Positions 11,951 through 25,500 of a DNA stretch of 64,000 nt are shown one piece after another; within the stretch, counting starts at the first letter, position 1, and each line of letters starts with the position of its first letter. The DNA comes from Anaeramoeba ignava BMAN (lineage: Eukaryota; Protista; Anaeramoebae), in assembly GCA_028826165.1 (NCBI GenBank), contig JAPDFW010000059.1, positions 1,178,001 to 1,242,000 on the forward strand. Reading direction: 5' to 3'. The notes under the pieces were generated by a model. That model had not been told where the DNA came from, ran no database searches, and saw only the letters and a list, made by a program, of their open reading frames with translations. The position numbers and the translations under genes are program-made.

Positions 11951-14900
11951 TTAAGGATCACATAATTCAAGAATTTTTAAAACATCATCTTTGTAAATAT
12001 CTCTGTGTTCTCCTAATCCAAATCCCATAGTTTTGGTTCTTTCTTCAATTCTATCAGCAATTTCTTGAAAATTTTCTTTTTTGATTCCAACAGAAGAAAG
12101 TGTTGTTTTCATTCCAATAGAATTAAAGAATTTAATTGTTTCTGAAATTGCAAAATCTGCTTTTTCTTCATCTGTTCCTTCTTTTTTTCCATAAATTCTT
12201 TCTGCCATTAATACTAATTTCTTCATTTTTTGTTGTTTCTTGTAAATCAAAACTCCTTTAATAACTGCAGCTAATGTTTTAGCATGATCCGAATCTATTT
12301 TAAATATATTGAATATTTTGAATATATTGAATATTTTGAATATATTGAATATATTGAATATTTTGAATATATTAAATATTTTGAATATTTTGAATAATAT
12401 GAATATTTTGAATATTTTTGAATAATATGAATATTTTGAATATTTTGAATATATATTGGATATATTGAATATTTTAAATATTTTGATATTTGAATATATT
12501 GAAATATTGAAATATTGAAAAAATATTGAAAAATGAAAAATATTGAAATTTTGAATAATTGAATATATGAATGAATGAAAAAGAAAAATTTAAATATGAA
12601 TGAAAGAATTTTTGAATATTTTTGAAAATTGAAAAATGGAATGAATGAATGAAATAAAAGAAAATTTTTGTTGTTGTTTTTGAATATTTTTGGGATTTTG
12701 AATAATTCAAGAATTTTAAAATTGAATCATCTTTGAAAATATTTTGTTATATTAAACAATTAAAATCCCATAGTTTTGGTTGAAATTTTGGAAATTTATC
12801 AGAAATTTTATTTTGAAAATTTTCTTTTTGATTTGGAACAGAAGAAAGTGTTGTTTTCATTCAATAGAATTAAAGAATTTAATTGTTTCTGAAATTTTTG
12901 AAAATCTGAATATTTTTCTTCATCTTTTCCTTCTTTTTCCATAAATGGATTGGATATATTGCCATTAATATTGAATTTCTTCATTTTTGAATATATTTGA
13001 ATAAATAAAAACTATTTTGAATATTTTTGAATATTTTGAATATTTTGAATATATTGATATTGAATATATTTGAAAATATATTGAATATTTTGAATATTTT
13101 GAATATATTGAATATTTTGAATATATTGAATATATTGAATATTTTGAATATATTGAATATATTGAATATATTGAATATATTGAATATTTTGAGTATTTTT
13201 TAATTTCAAACCATTCATTGCTGTGATTTCATGACCTATTTAAATAATATAAAAATAAAAATAAAAGTAAGTTAAAAATTTGGAATTAATTAATAAATTA
13301 TTTAATTACCAATAGAATGAGTTGCTCTAAAAAGTGGAATAAAATAAATTAAATAAAAAGTGGAATTAAATAAAATAAATAAATCAAATAAATTAAATAA
13401 AAAGTGGAATAAAATAAAATAAATAAAAAGTGGAATAAAATAAATCAAATAAATAAATAAATCAAATAAATAAATAAATCAAATAAATAAATAAATCAAA
13501 TAAATAAATAAAACAAACCCATCAAAATCAACTCCACAACCAATTAATCTATTAAGTGCCATTGTTGAAGCCCACATAATATTTGCTCTTGCAGAATAAT
13601 CTTTTGGATTCTTTAAAACAACTGGTGCTTCAGAAATTAATGTATCAATAACTCCTTCAGCAAATCTATCTGAAATCTTTGTGTTTCTAAATGTTGTTAA
13701 ATATTGTTCAGTTACTTTTGTTAAAAATAATTTAATTTTATTGATTAATTTTTGGAAATTAACATATTTATTATTTATTTTGAAATAAAATACCATGAAC
13801 AAAACTATCAACAATTCCATTAATAATTTGTCTTTTTGGAAGAGAATAACTTGTTTCAGGATCTATTATTTATTTTCAGAAAATTAATAAATTATTTATT
13901 AAATTTTTATTAATTAATTTATTTATTTATTTATTACCAAGAATTGAAAATTTTGGAATAACTAATTGATCTATCCTTCCTACTTTCTCTTTTGTTGATT
14001 CTCTTGTTATAACATATCCTGTATTCTTTTGATTTTAAATATATTGAATATATTAAATATTTTGAATATATTAAATATTTTGAATATATTAAATATATTG
14101 AATATATTGAATATTTTGAATATTTTGAATATATTGAATATTTTGAATATTTTGAATATATTGAATATATTGAATATTTTGAATATTTTAAATATTTTGA
14201 ATATATTAAATATTTTGAATATTTTGAATATATTGAATATTTTGAATATATATTAAATATTTTGAATATTTTGAATATTTTGAATATTTTGAATATATTG
14301 AATATTTTGAATATATTGAATATATTGAATATTTTGAATATTTTGAATATTTTGAATATATTAGAAAATAATACCATTTCACTTCCTGTTGCTGGAATTG
14401 TTAAAACCTAATTTGAATTTTGATTTTGAATTTGATTTTGATTTTGATTTTGAATTTTGAATTTGATTTTGAATTTGATTTTGATTTTGAATTTGATTTT
14501 GATTTTTGTCTTACTGTTCCAATAGGAATTGCTTCAGTTGGTTGAAATAAATTCTTTAATTGATTCTTTTTTTTTTTGATTGAAATGATTATTTTTTTTG
14601 GAAATTTAAAAATAATTTAGAATTTATTCAAAATATATAAAAATATATAAAAATATAAATAAATAAGAATAAAATGAATTACATTCTTATGAGGCATTAT
14701 ATCCCATGGATCTTTTCCTGGATATTTTGATGCAATAGAAATGAATTTAGTTGCATCAATAACTGAACCACCACCAACTGCAAGAAGAAAATCAATATTT
14801 TCTTTTTTACAAATTTCAACTGCTTTAATTGCTGTTTCATATCTTGGATTTGGTGTAATTCCTGAAAATTCCTTATTTTTCCAATTTTTGATTTAGATTT

Positions 14901-16045
14901 TGATTTTGATTTAGATTTTGATTTTGATTTTGATTTTAATTTTGATTTTAATTTTAATTTTTGATTTTAATTTTAATTTTTGATTTTGATTTTGATTTTG
15001 ATTTTGATTTTGATTTTGATTTTTTGATTTTGATTTTGATTTTGATTTTGATTTTGATTTTAATTTTGATTTTGATTTTGATTTTGATTTTGATTTTGAT
15101 TTTGATTTTGATTTTGATTTTGATTTTGATTTTAATTTTAATTTTGATTTTGATTTTGATTTTGATTTTGATTTTGATTTTGATTTTGATTTTGATTTTG
15201 ATTTTGATTTTAATTTTGATTTTTTTTTAATTTTGATTTTTTTGATTTTGATTTTTAATTTTTTGATTTTGATTTTGATTTTGATTTTGATTTTGATTTT
15301 GATTTTGATTTTGATTTTGATTTTAATTTTGATTTTTAATTTTGATTTTGATTTTTAATTTTGATTTTGATTTTGATTTTGATTTTTGATTTTGATTTTT
15401 GATTTTGATTTTGATTTTGATTTTGATTTTGATTTTGATTTTGATTTTGATTTTTGATTTTGATTTTAATTTTGATTTTGATTTTGATTTTGATTTTTGA
15501 TTTTAATTTTGATTTTGATTTTGATTTTGATTTTGATTTTGATTTTGATTTTGATTTTGATTTTGATTTTGATTTTGATTTTGATTTTGATTTTGATTTT
15601 AATTTTGATTTTAATTTTGATTTTGATTTTGATTTAAATTTGATCAAATTTGGGGGATATTATTTTAGTGATGGTTATTTTTATTTAATAGTAAATTAAG
15701 TGAGTTATGAGTTGTTATTTTTTAGTTTTGGATTTTAAATAAATTACCATAACATTATGCTCTTTTAAAGCTTCTTTGACTTGATCATAAACTCCATTCT
15801 TTTTAATACTTCCAGATCCATAAATCATTAAAATCTTTTGTTTTTTTAAATTATTTAATAAAAAAATTAATTTAAATTTAATTATAAAAACAGAAAATGA
15901 ATGGATAAAAGCATTTATTTGTTTGAATGTTATTTTAATTTACTTTTGCTTTTTGTGGGATTTCGTTTTTTAATTGTGAAATTGTTTTTGCACCAAAAAT
16001 AATTTTAGTTGGTGAATGAAACACAAAATTATTACAAGTAAGCAT
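11951..16045 (-). CDS. Iron-containing alcohol dehydrogenase, YqhD/BdhA (butanol dehydrogenase) type, copy 1, multi-exon
   Basis: NFVFHSPTKIIFG, IYGSGSIKKNGVYDQV, FLLAVGGGSVIDATKF, TIPATGSEMN, GIVDSFVH, ATHSIGHEITA..DHAKTLA; includes a 17-nt exon (13310-13326) and a 24-nt exon (13212-13235). Confidence 0.9.
12580..12990 (-). other. Garbled duplicate of the ADH last exon and 3' flank inside the last intron (decayed copy or assembly chimera)
   Basis: Blocks such as gaagaaagtgttgttttcattc and aattaaagaatttaattgtttctgaaatt match 11860-12240 but are interleaved with TGAATATTT repeat units and indels. Confidence 0.7.
14885..15640. repeat. (GATTTT)n hexamer repeat in intron 2 of ADH copy 1
   Basis: Direct inspection. 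Confidence 0.9.
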
Positions 16046-16111
16046 TTCAGAATGAAAAGAAAAAAATGAAAAATGATTTAAAAATATTTTTTTTGTTATT
16101 TTTTTGGAATT

Positions 16112-17105
<994 letters not shown>

Positions 17106-17285
17106 CTAAAAAGGAAAAAGAATAAAAAACAATTTTGAATTTGAATTTAAATTTTCATGTATTTTGTTTGGAAATAAATTTGAAACATTTTGAAATTGTA
17201 AATTATTAATTTGTTGATGAGAAAAATTGATATTTTGATTGTTAGAATCTTTTTTTTCCTTTGAAAAACAATCTAAAAATGAATG

Positions 17286-19358
17286 TCAGAGCTCAGGATC
17301 AAGTTCAGAAATATTTTCAGAATTGATTAAAATAACTGGATCATTTGAATATCCAGTATTGCTATATTTATAATAATGTGGACTTGTTGTAATATAAATA
17401 TAATATTGATTTGGGGGTAATTGAATAACTCTTTCTGTTTCTTTTTCTGTTTCTTTTTCTGTTTCTTTTTCTGTTTCTTCTTCTTTTTTCAGTTGGCATT
17501 TGCTAGGCTTTAATTCCATTCCACAAATTCTTGTATAATATTCCAAAATAGTTTCTTTAGTACTCTTGAATTCCATTTCAAAAAGTGAGTCTACTTTGGG
17601 ATGTTTTGAATATGATTCTTCAGAGATTTGAATATAAAATAAATTTCCGTTTTTTGAATAAGCAACACAATCAATAGCAGGATGATCTGGATAACAAATT
17701 AAAAAAGTTCCTTTTTCAAGCTTATTAAGAGTATGTGAGCGTTGTTGATAAATTTGTTGATCCAATTGAATGCTCCATTTTGGAGTTTTGACTGATTGCT
17801 CTCCTTTTAGATTTCTATTTGTGATTGTGATTGATCCTCCAATACTCGAGATGAAAGAGTTGAAAACAAATAATTCCAATGCTCTCCATTTGACTTTTTC
17901 TTCACTTGCTAAAACAGTCATAAACGTAACAAAATTTGTGTTCATTGCAGAAATAAAGGCTTTTCTAATGGATTCACAAAGAGGTAAATAATGTGAAGTG
18001 TTCTCGATCTGTGTAAATAATCCTAATGATTTCCATTGATTTGACAAATTTTCAATTGGTGAATTCAAAAAAATTTTGGATATAAAATTGATTGCACTAT
18101 AATTTTTTTCGTTTTTATTCGCAACATGCAAAATCAGTCTTTTATAGAAATTTTCAGCAAGTTCTTGTGCTTCAGTTAACCAATCTTTTTTATAAGATAA
18201 ATTATAATTGCGAAATGCTTGAAAAAGAAAGCCAATTAATTTGGGAATTCTTGCTGTAAATTTTTCAATTTCTGTGTTTGGTAAATCTTGAGGTAAAAAT
18301 CCATTTGTTTTTGACCATTCAACAAGTGTTTTAAATTCAACTTCATTAAAAATCCTCAAAGGTGTTTGTATAGTATCAAATGCATTATCATCATAAGCTT
18401 GATCCCAATAACTAAAACTTGCACTAACAGCAGCTAGGAAAAATCCATTTTTTATTTTGGGAATAAATTTAAAAACATTTAAAATATGTTTTGAAGATTC
18501 CTTTTGTTTACGAAACAAGATATTCCATTGATCAATTGCAATCAAAATTCGAATATTTCTGTGTTGAGAATTAATAAGTTTTATCAACAAATCGTTGCAA
18601 CTTTGAATCATTTTCAATTTTTGATTTTTGTTTGGAGTTGAGATTTTCCATATTTCCTCGTTATATGAGAAAAAGAAATATTTTTCGAGTAATGATCTAT
18701 AGTTTTCACTTAAATTCCAAACGATTCTTTCTGCAACTTGATAGCTTTCTTGGTTTCTTAAATCAGCAGTATTTGGTAAATAAAGAACAATCCAATTTTT
18801 CAATTTGGAACAATAATTTGCAATATGATAAAGAATATATGATTTTCCAACTCCTGGTGGTCCTTTGAACATATAAGATCGAAGAGTCTCGTCTTTTTGA
18901 ATTTTTTGGAGAATTTGGTGTGTGTGTTGTCTTATCAAAATTGGAATTGAGTTATTTAATTCAAACAGTTTTATTGATTCAGGACAATCTAAGTTCTTAT
19001 TCAAATCAACCAATTCCACTTGATACACTTTTTTCTCTTTGTAATGCGTCAAATATGAAATTTGTTGATTATTTTCTTTCTTTTCTTGATTTGTTTTTTG
19101 ATGTTTTTTTGATGTTCTTTGTTTTTTTTGAATTTGATTTTGGTTTTGATTTTTCTTTTTCTTTTTCTTTTTCTTTTTCTTTTGCTTTTGATTTTGATTT
19201 TGATTTTGATTTTGATTTTGATTTTGATTTTGATTTTGAATTTGGATTTGATTTTGATTTTGATTTTGATTTTGATTTTGTTGAATTTCTTTTTTTCTTT
19301 TCTTCTGTTTAGATTTTTTGTGTTTTTTTTGTGATTGAGGTGATGAATTGGTTTGCAT
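17286..19358 (-). CDS. Crinkler/RHS-like P-loop NTPase + PD-(D/E)xK restriction-endonuclease-like protein (690 aa, intronless)
   Basis: Walker A GPPGVGKS; Walker B-like ILIAIDQWN; C-terminal HPAIDCVAY..LFYIQIS motif resembling CR-REase domains; basic K-rich and NQ N-terminus. Confidence 0.7.
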   Translation of the reverse strand: MQTNSSPQSQKKHKKSKQKKRKKEIQQNQNQNQNQNQIQIQNQNQNQNQNQNQNQNQKQKKKKKKKKKKNQNQNQIQKKQRTSKKHQKTNQEKKENNQQISYLTHYKEKKVYQVELVDLNKNLDCPESIKLFELNNSIPILIRQHTHQILQKIQKDETLRSYMFKGPPGVGKSYILYHIANYCSKLKNWIVLYLPNTADLRNQESYQVAERIVWNLSENYRSLLEKYFFFSYNEEIWKISTPNKNQKLKMIQSCNDLLIKLINSQHRNIRILIAIDQWNILFRKQKESSKHILNVFKFIPKIKNGFFLAAVSASFSYWDQAYDDNAFDTIQTPLRIFNEVEFKTLVEWSKTNGFLPQDLPNTEIEKFTARIPKLIGFLFQAFRNYNLSYKKDWLTEAQELAENFYKRLILHVANKNEKNYSAINFISKIFLNSPIENLSNQWKSLGLFTQIENTSHYLPLCESIRKAFISAMNTNFVTFMTVLASEEKVKWRALELFVFNSFISSIGGSITITNRNLKGEQSVKTPKWSIQLDQQIYQQRSHTLNKLEKGTFLICYPDHPAIDCVAYSKNGNLFYIQISEESYSKHPKVDSLFEMEFKSTKETILEYYTRICGMELKPSKCQLKKEEETEKETEKETEKETERVIQLPPNQYYIYITTSPHYYKYSNTGYSNDPVILINSENISELDPEL

Positions 19359-19846
19359 TTAGAAAAAAAAATGAAAAAGATTTTTTAACGTTTAATTTTT
19401 TTTTTCATTTTTTTCTTTTTGAAATATTTTTTCTAAATTGTAAAAAACAAAATATAAAAATATTTAATTGAACATAAAAATAATATTAAAAACTTTCTAA
19501 TAATCAAAATATTTAATAATTTATTAATTAAAATAAATTTATTAATTCAAATAAAAAAGGAAAAATGAGCGATTCTTCAAAATCAAAATCAGAAATCAAA
19601 TAAGAAATCTAAATCAAAATCAAATCCAAAATCAAAACCAAAATCAAATTCAAAATCAATAAAAAAACAAAATTCAAATTAAGTTTAAGATTTCAAAGAA
19701 AAAAAGCAATTGAAATAATTCATTCAATTTTTGATGAAGAAAAAAAGATTTAAAAATGTTTTTTTTGTGGAATTTTAATTGAAAAAGAAAAAAGTGGAAT
19801 GAATGAATGAATGAATTTAAAGAAAATTTCTGTTGTTGTTTTTGTT

Positions 19847-22439
19847 TTAAGGATCACATAATTCAAGAATTTTTAAAACATCATCTTTGTAAATATCTCT
19901 GTGTTCTCCTAATCCAAATCCCATAATTTTTATTGATGTTTCAATTCTATCAAGAATTTCTTGAAAATTTTCTTTTTTGATTCCAACAGAAGAAAGTGTT
20001 GTTTTCATTCCAATAGAATTAAAGAATTTAATTGTTTCTGAAATTGCAAAATCTGCTTTTTCTTCATCTGTTCCTTCTTTTTTTCCATAAATTCTTTCTG
20101 CCATCAATACTAATTTCTTCATTTTTTGTTGTTTCTTGTAAATAAAAACTCCTTTAATAACTGCAGCTAATGTTTTAGCATGATCCGAATCTATTTTAAA
20201 TATTTTGAATATTTTGAATATTTTGAATATTTTGAATATTTTGAATATATTGAATATATAGAATATATTGAATATATATTGAATATATTGAATATTTTGA
20301 ATATATTGGATATATTGAATATATTGAATATATTGAATATATTGAATATTTTGAATATATTGAATATTTTGAATATATTGAATATATTGAATATATTGAA
20401 TATTTTGAATATATTGAATATATTGAATATTTTGAATATATATTGAATATATTGAATATATTGAATATTTCGAATATATTGAATATTTTGGATATATTAA
20501 ATATTTTGAATATATTGAATATTTTGAATATATATTGAATATATTGAATATATTGAATATTTTGGATATATTAATTTCAAACCATTCATTGCTGTGATTT
20601 CACGACCTATTTAAATAATATAAAAATAAAAATAAAAGTAAATTAAAAATTTGGAATTAATTAATAAATTATTTAATTACCAATAGTATGAGTTGCTCTA
20701 AAAAGTGGAATAAAATAAATTAAATAAAAAGTGGAATAAAATAAATAAAAAGTGGAATAAAATAAATTAAATAAAAAGTGAAATAAATAAATCAAATAAA
20801 TAAAACAAACCCATCATTATCAATCCCACACGCAATTAATTTATTAAGTGCCATTGTTGAAGCCCACATAATATTTGCTCTTGCAGAATAATCTTTTGGA
20901 TTCTTTAAAACTATTGGTGCTTCAGAAATTAATGTATCAATAACTCCTTCAGCAAATCTATCTGAAATCTTTGTGTTTCTAAATGTTGTTAAATATTGTT
21001 CAGTTACTTTTGTTAAAAATAATTTGATTTTATTGATTAATTTTTGGAAATTAATATATTTATTATTTATATTGAAATAAAATACCATGAACAAAACTAT
21101 CAACAATTCCATTAATAGTTTGTCTTTTTGGAAGAGAATAACTTGTTTCAGGATCTATTATTTATTTTCAGAAAATTAATAAATTATTTATTAAATTTTT
21201 ATTAATTTATTTATTTATTTATTTATTACCAAGAATTGAAAATTTTGGAAAAACTAATTGATCTATCCTTGTTAATTTCTCTTTTGTTGATTCTCTTGTT
21301 ATAACATATCCTGCATTCTTTTAATATATTGAATATATTGAATATTTTAGATATATTGAATATTTTGAATATTTTGAATATATTAAATATATTGAATATA
21401 TTAGAAAATAATACCATTTCACTTCCTGTTGCTGGAATTGTTAAAACCTATTTTGAATTTTGATTTTGATTTTGATTTTAATTTTGAATTTGATTTTGGT
21501 TTTGATTTTGATTTTGGTTTTGATTTTGATTTTGAATTTGATTTTTGTCTTACTGTTCCAATAGGAATTGCTTCAGTTGGTTGAAACAAATTCGTTGATT
21601 TATTCTTTTTTTTTTTGATTGAAATTATTTTTTTTGGAAATTTAAAAATAATTTAGAATTTATTCAAAATATATAAATATATAAAAATATAAATAAATAA
21701 GAATAAAATTAATTACATTCTTATGAGGCATTATATCCCATGGATCTTTTCCTGGATATTTTGATGCAATAGAAATGAATTTAGTTGCATCAATAACTGA
21801 ACCACCACCAACTGCAAGAAGAAAATCAATATTTTCTTTTTTACAAATTTCAACTGCTTTAATTGCTGTTTCATATCTTGGATTTGGTGTAATTCCTGAA
21901 AATTCCTTATTTTTCCAATTTTTGATTTTAATTTTAATTTTGAATTTGATTTTGATTTTAATTTTGATTTTGAATTTGATTTTGATTTTGAATTTGAATT
22001 TGAATTTGATTTTGAATTTTGATTTTGATTTTGATTTTGATTTTGATTTTGATTTTGATTTTGATTTTGATTTTGATTTTGATTTTGATTTTGATTTTGA
22101 TTTTGATTTTGATTTTTAATTTTGGATTTTAAATAAATTACCAAAACATTATGATTTCTCAATGAATCTTTGACTTGATCATAAACTCCATTCTTTTTAA
22201 TACTTCCAGATCCATAAATCATTAAAACCTTTTGTTTTTTTAAATTATTTAATAAAAAAATTAATTTAAATTTAATTATAAAAACAGAAAATGAATGGAT
22301 AAAAGCATTTATTTGTTTGGATGTTATTTTAATTTACTTTTGCTTTTTGATTAATTTGATTTTTTAATTCTTGAATTGTTTTTGCACCAAAAATAATTTT
22401 AGTTGGTGAATGAAACGTAAAATTTTTTGCAGGCAACAT
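19847..22439 (-). CDS. Iron-containing alcohol dehydrogenase, YqhD/BdhA type, copy 2
   Basis: Same intron positions and near-identical exons to copy 1; ATG 22439 (MLPAKNFTFHSPTKIIFG); ATHTIGREITA replaces ATHSIGHEITA. Confidence 0.9.
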
Positions 22440-22503
22440 TTGAAAAAAATGAAAAAGATTTAAAAATATTTTTTTTCATTTTTCATTTTTCATTTTTTTA
22501 TTC
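22440..22503. promoter_or_regulatory. 64-bp bidirectional promoter with TCATTTT Inr-like motifs on both strands
   Basis: Head-to-head ATGs at 22439 (-) and 22504 (+); TTTCATTTTT copies oriented towards each gene. Confidence 0.6.
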
Positions 22504-25500
22504 ATGTCACAACAACAAAATTTAAAAGAAAATTCAACAGAAGAAACAAAAGAAGAAACAAAAGAAAATTCAAATGAAAATCTAAAAGAAGAAATAAAAC
22601 AAGATTTAAAAGAAAATTCAAATGAAAATTCAAAAGAAAATTTAAAAGAAAAAATAAAACAAGATTTAAAAGAAAATTCAACAGAAGAAACAAAACAACA
22701 AACAAAAGAAACTTCAAATGAAAATTTAAATGAAAATCTAAAAGAAAATTCAACAGAAGAAACAAAACAAGAAACAAAACAAGAAACAAAACAAGAAACA
22801 AAACAAGAAACAAAAGAAACTTCAAATGAAAATTCAAAAGAAAATTCAAATGAAAATTCAAAAGAAAATTCAAATGAAAATTTAAAAGAAAATTCAAAAC
22901 AAGAAACAAAAGAAGAAACAAAAGAAAATTCAAATGAAAATTTAAATGAAAATTTAAATGAAAATTTAAATCAAAGTTCAAATGAAAATTTAAAAGAAAA
23001 TTTAAATGAAAATTTAAATGAAGATTCAAATCAAAGTTCAAATGAAAATTTAAAAGAAAATTTAAAAGAAGAAACAAAAATTTCACATCGTGATCTTGTT
23101 GCACAAGAAATACTCAAAACAGAACAAACTTATGTTCAAAACTTAGAAATTTTAGTTAATGTAAAAAAAAATAATTAGAAAACAAATATTCAATCAAAAA
23201 AAAATAATTGAATTGATTTTTCCAAAAAAAAATAATAAGGAATTTGTTGAAGAAATCAAACTTGCTTCTGAAACAGAAAGACCAATTATACCAGCTCAAT
23301 ATATAAACAAAATTTTCTCAAATATTAGTGATATTTTAATTGTAAATCAAAATATTTGATTTAATTTAAAAAAAATATTTGATTTAATTTAATAAAAATA
23401 TTTGATTTAATTTAAAAAAATATTTTGTAAATGAAAAGGTTAATTCTCAATTATTAGCAGATCTTCAAGAAATTTTAAAAGATTGGGGAGATTCAAGTTG
23501 TTTAGGATCTTTTTTTGTTAAACTTGTAAATTAATTTAAAAAATGATCCAAAAAAAAAAACAAAATTTCTTTTAAAAAATTGTTTTCTCTTTTTTTGTTT
23601 TAGATTCCCTTTTTAAAAATGTATTCATCTTATATAAAAAATTATGATTATGCGAACCAGATTTTAGAGAGATTAAATAGAAATCTTGTTTTTTCACAAT
23701 GGGCATCAGTAAATTTAAAAAGGAATAATTTTAAAAATATTTTTATTTGGATTTAATTTATTAATTTTTCTTTTAGAAAAAAAAAGAAAAACATGGACAA
23801 AATTTACACAGTTTTTTAATTATGCCAGTTCAACGTTTGCCAAGATATGAACTACTTATTAAAGTAAATAATAATTAAATAATTAAATAATTAAAATAAT
23901 ATTAAAATAATAAAATAATATTAAAATAAATATTAATTAAATAGGCTTTATTAAAACATACATCAAAAGATCATCCAGATTATCCAGATCTTCAAAATGC
24001 TTTAAATAGTATTAATAATGTTAATATTGAATTGAATGAAGCTTTTAAAATTCGCGATAACCAAAATAAAATTATTCAAATTCAAAGATCATTTGCAAAT
24101 CATAAAGAAATTGTAAAAATAAATATTCAATGAAAAATATTAAATATTCAATGAAAAATAATAAATTTAAAAGAGAGAATTAGTTGTTCCTCATCGTTTA
24201 TATGTTTATGATGGTTCCTTAATGAAAGTATCAAGAAAAAAGCCATTGAAAAGATATTTCTTTTTATTTAATGATATTTTAATTTATGGGAATTTAATAA
24301 CAGGAACATATCATGTAAATTAAAAAAATATCAAAAAAAAAATTTATGAATAAATTATCGAATATAATTTTTTTTTTGGAAAATTATGAGTAGTTTCATG
24401 GAAGAATGAATTTAGTAGAAACACGAGTTAATGATTTACCTGATACACAAAGTGAGAATCAATTAAATTAAATTTAATTTTAAATTTAATTTTAATTTTA
24501 ACAAAAAATATTAGCATTAAAAAATGCATTTGTAATTAGAAATAAAAGAAAATCTTTTCCTGTTTATGCAGCTTCGCCTGAAGAAAAGAAAACATGGTAT
24601 AATCATTTATCAGAATCAATCACAAATTGGAAAAAAAGTCAAAAAACACTTAAGAAAGGAGAAACACAAGAAGAAGAAGAAGAACTTGAAGCACCTGTTT
24701 GGATTCCAGATTATCATGCAAAAAATTGCATGATTTGCAATACACCTTTTACAACATTTAAACGAAGAGTAAACCAAATATATATAAATCACAGAAATAT
24801 ATTTACAAAAATATATATTTAAATTCAAAAATATTTACAAATATATTTTAAACTCACAAAATATATATTTAAATTCAAAAATATAAATACAAAAAATATA
24901 AATACAAAAATATATTTAAATTCAAATATATATAAATCCAAATATATTTAAATTCAAAAATATATTTAAATTCAAAAATATTTAAATTCACAAAAATATA
25001 ATTAAATTCACAAAATATATTTACATTCAAAAATATATTTAAATTCACAAAATAATTAAATCATAAAAATATATTTAAATTCACAAAAATATATTTAAAT
25101 CCAAATATATAAATTCCAAAAATATATTTAAATCATAAAAATATATTTAAATTCAAAAATATATTTAAATTCACAAAAATATATAAATACAAAAATATAT
25201 TTAAATTCAAAAATATATTTAAATACAAAAATATATTTAAATCATAAAAATATATTTAAATTCAAAAATATTTAAATCATAAAAATATATTTAAATTCAC
25301 AAAATAATTAAATTCAAATATTTAAATTCAAAAATATATTTTAAATCCAAATATTTAAATCCAAAAATATATTTAAATTCAAAAATATAAATACAAAAAT
25401 ATATTTAAATTCAAATATATATAAATCCAAATATATTTAAATTCAAAAATATTTAAATTCACAAAAATATAATTAAATTCACAAAATATATTTAAATTCA

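Noticed and set aside
19565-19755. Short ATG-initiated, coding-looking stretch (MSDSSKSKSEIK*)
   Set aside because: Immediate stop, no splice solution or recognisable domain; at most a gene relic
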